Below are positions 6,508 through 11,924 of a stretch of DNA of 11,924 nt, piece by piece (position 1 is the stretch's first letter; each line of letters begins with the position of its first letter). The notes under the pieces were generated by a model. It was not told where the DNA came from, did not search any database, and saw only the letters and a program-made list of their open reading frames with translations. The DNA comes from Okeania sp. (GTDB taxonomy: Bacteria > Cyanobacteriota > Cyanobacteriia > Cyanobacteriales > Microcoleaceae), in NCBI RefSeq assembly GCF_035285525.1, contig NZ_JAYKGW010000101.1, forward strand, positions 1 to 11,924, given 5' to 3'. Made by a program: the position numbers and the translations under genes.

Positions 6508-6706
6508 AGTTTATTTCCATTGGTATTTTTTAACTTTAGTAGATGGTATTTTTTCATTCCTCTCCAATAAATTAATAAGCATTTCCTGGGTCATGCTGCG
6601 CAAACGGCTAAGAGCTATTAGACATCTTGGATAATCAAAAATCAAATCAATTCTGGAATATAAATTATCAATTATTTTCCTAGACCGAAGGGGTTAGGGG
6701 TTGGTT

Positions 6707-6730
6707 CCCTACTCCCTACTCCCTACTCCC
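6707..6730. repeat. Heptamer microsatellite (CCCTACT)x3 + CCC, STRR-like
   Basis: Read directly from the sequence. The kinase stop codon (TAG, 6723-6725) lies inside the array. Preceded by GGGGTTAGGGGTTGG. Confidence 0.95.
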
Positions 6731-8390
6731 TTTTTAAACTTTGTCGAATTAAATTTTTCCAAGTATTAGTTTCAGGATTTTGAGTAGACTGAATATCTAT
6801 ACAATTTTGTCTGGCTTGGTTTAAATTATCCTTATCTGTAGGAACTTCCTCCAATACTTGTGCTAATAAACATTGTGCTGGAGCATTTTCAAAATTTAAT
6901 TTAACTGCTGTTTCTAGATGATATTTTGCTTGAAAATAATTTAATTTCTGAAAATAAGCCCAACCTAAATTTTTATGTAAATTTGATTCTATTCTTTGAG
7001 TAAAATTATCAGGATATTTTTGCCGTATTTCAGAAATAACTTGTAAACCCAGAGTCAGATTTTTAATTGCTATTTCACTATCTCCATCCAACCAAATTTG
7101 GAGACGGGATAAATTATTAATTGCTGCGATTTTTACATAATTATTATTTCGGTAAATCGCAGAATCTATAGCCTGTTGATATTCAGTTTTAGCACAACCA
7201 AAATCTTGTCTAGTTTCACAAATCAAACCTAACTGTATATAAGAAGCTGCATTTTCAGGATTAAACTTTAAGGCAAGTTTATAATAAAATTCAGCTTGAC
7301 CTAAATTACTATCTTGATAATATTCAAATCCAATATTAGTCAGTTTTTTGTCAATAGTTGGAAAAATATAATTTTGGATGAAAAGAGGAATTTTTGGTAA
7401 AATTAAACCTAATCCCATAAATCCCATTAACATGAAAAATAGAAACTGCAAATAAACCTTAACCTCTATTGGTGATTTAATCTGTGTGGCAATTTTTTCT
7501 GATAATTCTTGAGATTTTTTGAGAATAAATCTTGTATGTTTAGGTCGCCTTTGTGGAACAGGATTCATTAACTCATCAATAAAATCAGCCACTAAAGGTG
7601 AAATATGAAAAGCACAATTTCTCCAGATAATTTTCCCAGTTTTTCTATCAGTTGGAAAATTCATGGGAGACTGACCTGTTATTAAATGAACAAAAGTTCG
7701 ACCTAATGCAAAAAAATCAGATTGTAAGACAGCTTCTCCAGTCATTTGTTCTGGTGCAGAATATCCTAAAGAACCAATTTTTGTTCTTCCCCAATCTCCT
7801 ACTCCAATAGTACCAAAATCAATTACGGTTAATTGCCCGTTTGGTCTTAAAATTAAATTAGAAGGTTTTAAATCTCGATGAAGTAAGTTTTGACTATGCA
7901 GCATATCTAAAATTTCGGTAATTTGTTTTAACCAATCTAATACTTCATCTTGATAAATTTTCCCATGATTAATTAACCACTCCTCTAAATTTTCTCCTTC
8001 AACTTTTTCCATCACTAAACAATGGAGTTGTTTAGAACTTTTATTAAGTGAAACAGTAAAATAACCATCCGGTTCAACTCTAGGAATCCCAGGATGACGC
8101 AACCACATTAACGTCCTTGCTTCCTGTTTAAAAAGTCGAACTAAATCAGGATTATTGTCATATTTCAAAACTTTTAAAACTTTCAAACTTCCCCAATTTT
8201 CTAAATCAGTTCCCCAATCTTCTACTTCAAAAATTTCTGTAGGATGTGCAGGTTGTGGTTGTCGCAAAGGTCGAATAATTCGATAGCGATTTTCAATCAA
8301 CAATGTATTACCGCAAGCTTGACAAAAATCAAGCTCTTCTGGATTTTGACGATTATGATTATTACATTGAGGATTGATACAGTAATTCAT
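6723..8390 (-). CDS. Ser/Thr protein kinase with N-terminal 4-Cys zinc ribbon, one TM segment and C-terminal TPR repeats
   Basis: The N-terminus has CINPQC...CQAC. Kinase motifs: VLKVLK (Lys), HRDLKPSNLIL, DFGTIG, GYSAPEQ. Hydrophobic segment: YLQFLFFMLMGFMGLGLILP. The C-terminal ~190 aa are TPR-like (QAEFYYKLALKFNPENAASYIQLGL, YFQAKYHLETAVKLNFENAPAQ). Confidence 0.92.
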   Translation of the reverse strand: MNYCINPQCNNHNRQNPEELDFCQACGNTLLIENRYRIIRPLRQPQPAHPTEIFEVEDWGTDLENWGSLKVLKVLKYDNNPDLVRLFKQEARTLMWLRHPGIPRVEPDGYFTVSLNKSSKQLHCLVMEKVEGENLEEWLINHGKIYQDEVLDWLKQITEILDMLHSQNLLHRDLKPSNLILRPNGQLTVIDFGTIGVGDWGRTKIGSLGYSAPEQMTGEAVLQSDFFALGRTFVHLITGQSPMNFPTDRKTGKIIWRNCAFHISPLVADFIDELMNPVPQRRPKHTRFILKKSQELSEKIATQIKSPIEVKVYLQFLFFMLMGFMGLGLILPKIPLFIQNYIFPTIDKKLTNIGFEYYQDSNLGQAEFYYKLALKFNPENAASYIQLGLICETRQDFGCAKTEYQQAIDSAIYRNNNYVKIAAINNLSRLQIWLDGDSEIAIKNLTLGLQVISEIRQKYPDNFTQRIESNLHKNLGWAYFQKLNYFQAKYHLETAVKLNFENAPAQCLLAQVLEEVPTDKDNLNQARQNCIDIQSTQNPETNTWKNLIRQSLKRE

Positions 8391-8396
8391 AATTTA

Positions 8397-8411
8397 GGGA
8401 GTAGGGAGTAG
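8397..8411. repeat. Heptamer (GGGAGTA)x2 + G, the inverted counterpart of 6707-6730
   Basis: Read directly from the sequence, 6 nt upstream of the kinase ATG (8388-8390). Confidence 0.9.
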
Positions 8412-8591
8412 AAATTAGGATATTTTTTTCTTTCTGGTTTTGATTAAATAAGGAATACAAAGAGCAATTTTTTTCCTGCTACTAATTACTTGCCTAATTT
8501 AGAGTTAATTAATTTTTTACTTATTCAAATTTTTTATTAGTTCTACCTCTCTCTATTGAAAGTTCAAGTAAATCTGAATTTCCTTTTTATC
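8397..8591 (-). repeat. Tandem duplication copy 1 (about 195 bp): pseudo 3' end of the 175-aa gene plus its downstream spacer
   Basis: Aligns along its whole length with 8592-8812. It includes a relic of the last ~20 codons at 8521-8583 (GNSDLLELSIERGRTNKKFE* versus the authentic EDSDLLELLIERGRRS*). Confidence 0.85.
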
Positions 8592-8812
8592 GGGAGTAGG
8601 AAATAGAAATTAGGGAGTAAAAATTAGCGAGTAGAAATTAGGGTAAGTTTTTTACTTTCTGATTGTGATTAGATAAGGAATACAAAGAACAATTTTTTTC
8701 ATACTACTAATTACTTTTCCAATTAAAGTTGATTTATCTTTTACTTATCAAAATTCATTATGACCTTCTACCTCTCTCTATTAAAAGTTCAAGTAAATCT
8801 GAATCTTCTTTC
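8592..8812 (-). repeat. Tandem duplication copy 2 (about 221 bp): authentic 3' end of the 175-aa gene plus downstream spacer, with an internal 14-15-mer reiteration
   Basis: 8592-8650 reads gggagtaggaaatagaaattagggagtaaaaattagcgagtagaaattaggg, about three reiterations of GAGTAGAAATTAGG. The rest is collinear with copy 1. Confidence 0.85.
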
Positions 8813-9285
8813 ACCCAAAACTTTTCTTTTTTTGGAAAAAATTCTTCGGGATATTCAGTAACAAAGTCAATAAATTCTCCTGTCCAACCATCAGGAATAT
8901 AGCGCTCCATGGGAATACCTTCAGGATAACAAGCCGCCACTTTGTAATTGTCAAAATCTACAAACATAATGGGGAATAAATCTTTTACATCCCACCAACT
9001 TCTTGCTGAAGTATAGCCCTTTGCTACCTCCATACTTAGTAAATCTTTATCTATCTCAAAATCTGACATACAATCAAGAAACTTTCGAGCAGTTTTTTCA
9101 TTTACTATACGAATTCCAAATCTATCGGAGTCTTGAGACTCTGGTACTATGTGACCATAACTTATAAATTCATCACGTCGCTTATTCATATTAAGTACCC
9201 ATAACTCTCTGTCACTTCGATACCAATGAAATTTACCTTGATAACGAGCAACTATTACAACCAGTTCAACTTCTAAATCACTCAT
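8758..9285 (-). CDS. Hypothetical protein (175 aa), acidic, no family recognised
   Basis: Clean ORF with ATG at 9283-9285. Composition is protein-like (W/F/Y/D/E-rich, e.g. SARSWWDVKDLFPIMFVDFDNYKVAACYPEGIPMERYIPDGWTGEF). No signal peptide or TM segment. Confidence 0.7.
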   Translation of the reverse strand: MSDLEVELVVIVARYQGKFHWYRSDRELWVLNMNKRRDEFISYGHIVPESQDSDRFGIRIVNEKTARKFLDCMSDFEIDKDLLSMEVAKGYTSARSWWDVKDLFPIMFVDFDNYKVAACYPEGIPMERYIPDGWTGEFIDFVTEYPEEFFPKKEKFWVKEDSDLLELLIERGRRS

Positions 9286-9636
9286 TTTGTTATTATTCTA
9301 TTTGATAATTTTTACAAAATATTTGATAGAAAATAAACTTCTTAAAGCCATTAATAACAGATAACAGAAGAAGATTTGCACAATATAAAGAAAGAACATT
9401 TTTATTATCCTAAACAAGTCTAATTAATAGAAAAGAGGGAGGAGAGAGGAGGGGATTAGATAATTAATAATGAATAATTACCACGATTTTTTTCTAAAGA
9501 TAAAAAAGGATAGATATCAAGAAAAGGAGAAGTGTACCTCACTAAACTAAGGTGGAATATTCTCTAATTTTACTGTCTGGCAAAATCTAGTTCTTCCTTA
9601 CTAATCAATAATTAATAATTAATCTATAGCTTTCTG

Positions 9637-9660
9637 TTCCTTCTTCCTTCTTCCTTCTTC
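9637..9660. repeat. Heptamer microsatellite (TTCCTTC)x3 + TTC
   Basis: Read directly from the sequence. It lies immediately downstream of the STAND gene stop codon (TAA, 9662-9664). Confidence 0.9.
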
Positions 9661-9661
9661 T

Positions 9662-11248
9662 TTATTGAATTGCATTAATAATATTTTCCAAATTTTGAGT
9701 CATATATTCACCCTCAAAAAACTGTTCTTGTAAATTTTCTAAACATTCTTCTAAACGTTTAATTGCTAAATTTAAACCTCTAGTATTAGTAAATAATTTC
9801 GACCTTAGTCGGTTCATAACTAAACTCAAAATAGAATAATGTTTTTTACCATTCCCAGAAATTTCCAGAGGATAAAGTTTCAATAAACGAACTCCTTCCA
9901 AATCTTGATTTTTAATCAATCCCACTAACTCTTCATGCACCTGAAAAACAAACTGTTCAATCACATATTTCATCACCACAGGTTGAAGACTAAAATAAAC
10001 TTGACCCTTTTTCTGGCTCTTTTCAATCAGCGAACGTCGCCCCAGAGAACCAACCGTTTCTAATAATTCAGATGCTGATAAAGGTAATAAAATTTTTTCT
10101 TGTAATTGAGATAATTTTATCGGTTGTTGCTCAATAGCCAACCAATACATAACTTCCTTCTCAGCTACAGATAATCTTTGAAAAGGTTGATCCAGTAAAG
10201 AGCGAACATCTCCCATAAAAAGCGTATTTTTAATAAAATCTCCCACCTCACCCGCATACAATTCTTGAACCATTGCCGAGATAATCTTGACAGCCAAAGG
10301 ATTACAACTATAACGTTCTATCAAACTCACCCAATCTTGACTAGCAACAAATCCTCGTTCCTCCAAAATTTTCTGGCAAACTTCCTCAGAACCAACCACT
10401 TGTAACGAGCGAACCTTTTGCCCTTCCAACCGACCTAAATCTTTCAACTTCTCAGAACTTACCAAAACCAAACAACTTTGATGAGACTCTGAAGCAATCC
10501 GTTGAATGAATTTTCCATAGTCTCCAAAACCATCACCATAGTAACCTGCTAAATTCTGAGAACTTAAAATCATCTCCATATCATCAAGAATTAACAAACA
10601 ACGATGGTTCCGTAAAATTTCCATCATTTTAGAAATTCCTGTTTCAACCTCCTCAAAATTTTCTGAAGGTTGAGGGGATAAAAATTCGATAAAATTGGTC
10701 AAAAGAGAACCAAGTGGTATTGCCTGAGCTAGCGATCGCCAAATCACAAAATCAAATTTATCTACATTTTGTTTAGCAAATTTCACCGCCAGGGTAGTTT
10801 TTCCCATTCCCCCCATTCCTAATAGAGCGACTAACCGACAGTTATCGGTTAAAACCCATTGATTTAACTGAGACAATTCTTCAACTCGCCCATAAAACGT
10901 TTCCACATCTGGAGCAGCATTCCAATCTTGGTGAGACATTAAGTCAAAAGTTTGAGGTGCAGCACTCTGGGGTGAAAATTCTTCAGATTTACTTTGCTCC
11001 TGATACAAAGCCACCAATAATTGCTGTAACTTAGCCATTTTTCCCGGTCCTTTACCAGAAATTTGAAACTTACGATAAGTTTCACCCAAACGTTTACGAA
11101 CCGTTTCTGGTTTAAGTTTTAATTCTGTGGCAATTGTGGTAATCGACTCTCCTTCCAGTAAAGCCTTAAATAAGACTTCAAGTTCTATATCCGAGACACC
11201 ATAACTACTTGCAACTTGTTTAAGAAAATTTTGAGGAATCAAGGTCAT
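9662..11248 (-). CDS. STAND-class NTPase: N-terminal LuxR/sigma-70-region-4-like HTH + NB-ARC P-loop ATPase + winged helix; no C-terminal WD40/TPR sensor
   Basis: HTH: LEVLFKALLEGESITTIATELKLKPETVRKRLGETYRKFQISGKGPGKMAKLQQLL. Walker A: LLGMGGMGKTTLA. Walker B: CLLILDDME. A downstream helical/winged-helix region follows (EKEVMYWLAIEQQPIKLSQLQ...LGRRSLIEK). The protein ends about 90 aa later without repeats. Confidence 0.88.
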   Translation of the reverse strand: MTLIPQNFLKQVASSYGVSDIELEVLFKALLEGESITTIATELKLKPETVRKRLGETYRKFQISGKGPGKMAKLQQLLVALYQEQSKSEEFSPQSAAPQTFDLMSHQDWNAAPDVETFYGRVEELSQLNQWVLTDNCRLVALLGMGGMGKTTLAVKFAKQNVDKFDFVIWRSLAQAIPLGSLLTNFIEFLSPQPSENFEEVETGISKMMEILRNHRCLLILDDMEMILSSQNLAGYYGDGFGDYGKFIQRIASESHQSCLVLVSSEKLKDLGRLEGQKVRSLQVVGSEEVCQKILEERGFVASQDWVSLIERYSCNPLAVKIISAMVQELYAGEVGDFIKNTLFMGDVRSLLDQPFQRLSVAEKEVMYWLAIEQQPIKLSQLQEKILLPLSASELLETVGSLGRRSLIEKSQKKGQVYFSLQPVVMKYVIEQFVFQVHEELVGLIKNQDLEGVRLLKLYPLEISGNGKKHYSILSLVMNRLRSKLFTNTRGLNLAIKRLEECLENLQEQFFEGEYMTQNLENIINAIQ

Positions 11249-11650
11249 TTCAGTTATCAGTTATTAGTTATCAATACCTCCATATATATTTCGGCCATAC
11301 TTTGCATCCCAAAATAGGAGTTATATTTATATCATACACCAATTTTAGTAATAAGTGAGATTTTTGGCAATGGAAATAGAAACTTATGTGATTAAAGGGG
11401 AAATAATGGTATTATACCTATTATTCCCTTATCCCTAGAAGACTACCTAGCAAAATTTGACTATCAACTATATAGTCCAATAATCTGCTCATAGGTAATC
11501 TGGCGCCGAGAAGGGAGTAGGTAGAGGAATTAGGTGAAGATACTATAACATAGGGTCAAAAAACTATATGGTTTTTAAACTCTATATATAGTAGATTTGC
11601 GTAAATCCTGATTAATACATAACTTAAATAACTTTCGAGATTCTAATTAA

Positions 11651-11797
11651 ATGATTGCAGAAATTATATGTGTCGGAACAGAACTACTATTAGGAGATAT
11701 CCTAAATAGTAACGCTCAATTTCTAGCCCAAGAACTAGCAAGATTAGGAATAGCCCATTACTATCAAAATGTAGTAGGAGATAATCCAGACAGAATC
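11651..11797 (+). CDS. cinA: cinA (competence/damage-inducible protein A family, MoCF-biosynthesis-type N-domain), 5' exon only (49 codons), interrupted
   Basis: [49 protein letters not shown] matches the conserved CinA N-terminus (AEII.VG.ELLLG.I.N.NAQF....LA..G......Y...VGDNP.R). Family similarity stops at 11797, and the frame hits TAA at 11816-11818. Confidence 0.8.
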
Positions 11798-11924
11798 GTG
11801 CGACTCGTTGGCAGCTAAACCAGGAAACTGGGTATAAACGGCCGTTCCAAGTCAATACATGAGGGAAACCTCGACTTGTGAATAACTCTTATCTCCTTCG
11901 TGGTGAAATTCCACCGCCCTGTTG
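11798..11924 (+). mobile_element. Probable group II intron, 5' part of domain I (continues beyond the window)
   Basis: Begins GTGCGAC (consensus 5' GUGYG) exactly where CinA homology ends. Followed by hairpins CCAG-GAAA-CUGG (11820-11831), GAGG-GAAA-CCUC (11861-11872) and GUGG-UGAAAUU-CCAC (11900-11914). The segment is more GC-rich than the flanks. Domain V and the IEP ORF are not in the window, so the call is unconfirmed. Confidence 0.55.

Noticed and set aside
5643-6550. CRISPR array
   Set aside because: The repeat units are about 230-320 bp rather than 25-40 bp. The units contain promoter and coding relics of the neighbouring gene. There are no cas genes and no short direct repeat/spacer periodicity.
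6690-6705. G-quadruplex at GGGGTTAGGGGTTGG
   Set aside because: There are only two G4 runs plus a GG, which is not enough for an intramolecular quadruplex.
9470-9550. 26-aa plus-strand ORF (MNNYHDFFLKIKKDRYQEKEKCTSLN*) downstream of a purine-rich GGGAGGAGAGAGGAGGGG tract
   Set aside because: The purine tract lies about 15 nt from the ATG, which is far for an SD. The ORF is tiny and lysine-rich, as expected by chance in AT-rich DNA, and I cannot assess its conservation. It remains unsupported.
11249-11650. Promoter elements in the divergent STAND/cinA spacer (e.g. TTGCGT ... TAATAC around 11598-11625)
   Set aside because: Many AT-rich hexamers fit loosely, and none has convincing -35/-10 spacing. 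These cannot be supported without TSS data.
11664-11855. 63-aa minus-strand ORF
   Set aside because: It is antisense to the well-conserved cinA 5' exon and the putative intron start. It has a hydrophobic, low-information translation.

Overview
AT-rich cyanobacterial chromosomal segment. It carries three HIP1 octamers (GCGATCGC at 24-31, 4792-4799, 10732-10739), heptamer microsatellites that abut gene ends, and long non-coding spacers. By inference only, the style resembles a Trichodesmium-like filamentous cyanobacterium. Five apparently intact genes all lie on the minus strand: (1) an HTH + NB-ARC STAND NTPase with no repeat sensor (9662-11248); (2) an orphan 175-aa protein (8758-9285); (3) a zinc-ribbon Ser/Thr kinase with a TM segment and TPR tail (6723-8390); (4) a signal-peptide protein with a FecR/DUF928-like region and C-terminal TPRs (4464-5642); (5) a signal-peptide TPS (haemagglutination-activity) domain fused to a CHAT caspase-like protease (228-2768). 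A decayed tnpB-only IS200/IS605-family element (about 2818-4452) is wedged between genes 4 and 5. The spacer 5643-6722 contains a head-to-tail array of three copies of the promoter and 5' end of gene 4. These copies carry an inverted-repeat-bounded insert and three ~58-bp strongly divergent cassettes set in otherwise near-identical units. A second tandem duplication (8397-8812) copies the 3' end of the orphan gene. The kinase CDS is bracketed by inverted heptamer arrays that touch its start and stop codons. At the right edge a plus-strand cinA 5' exon (11651-11797) is interrupted by what looks like the 5' end of a group II intron (GUGCG at 11798, several GNRA hairpins). No rRNA, tRNA or CRISPR array was seen. 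All family assignments come from motif recognition by eye, not from searches.
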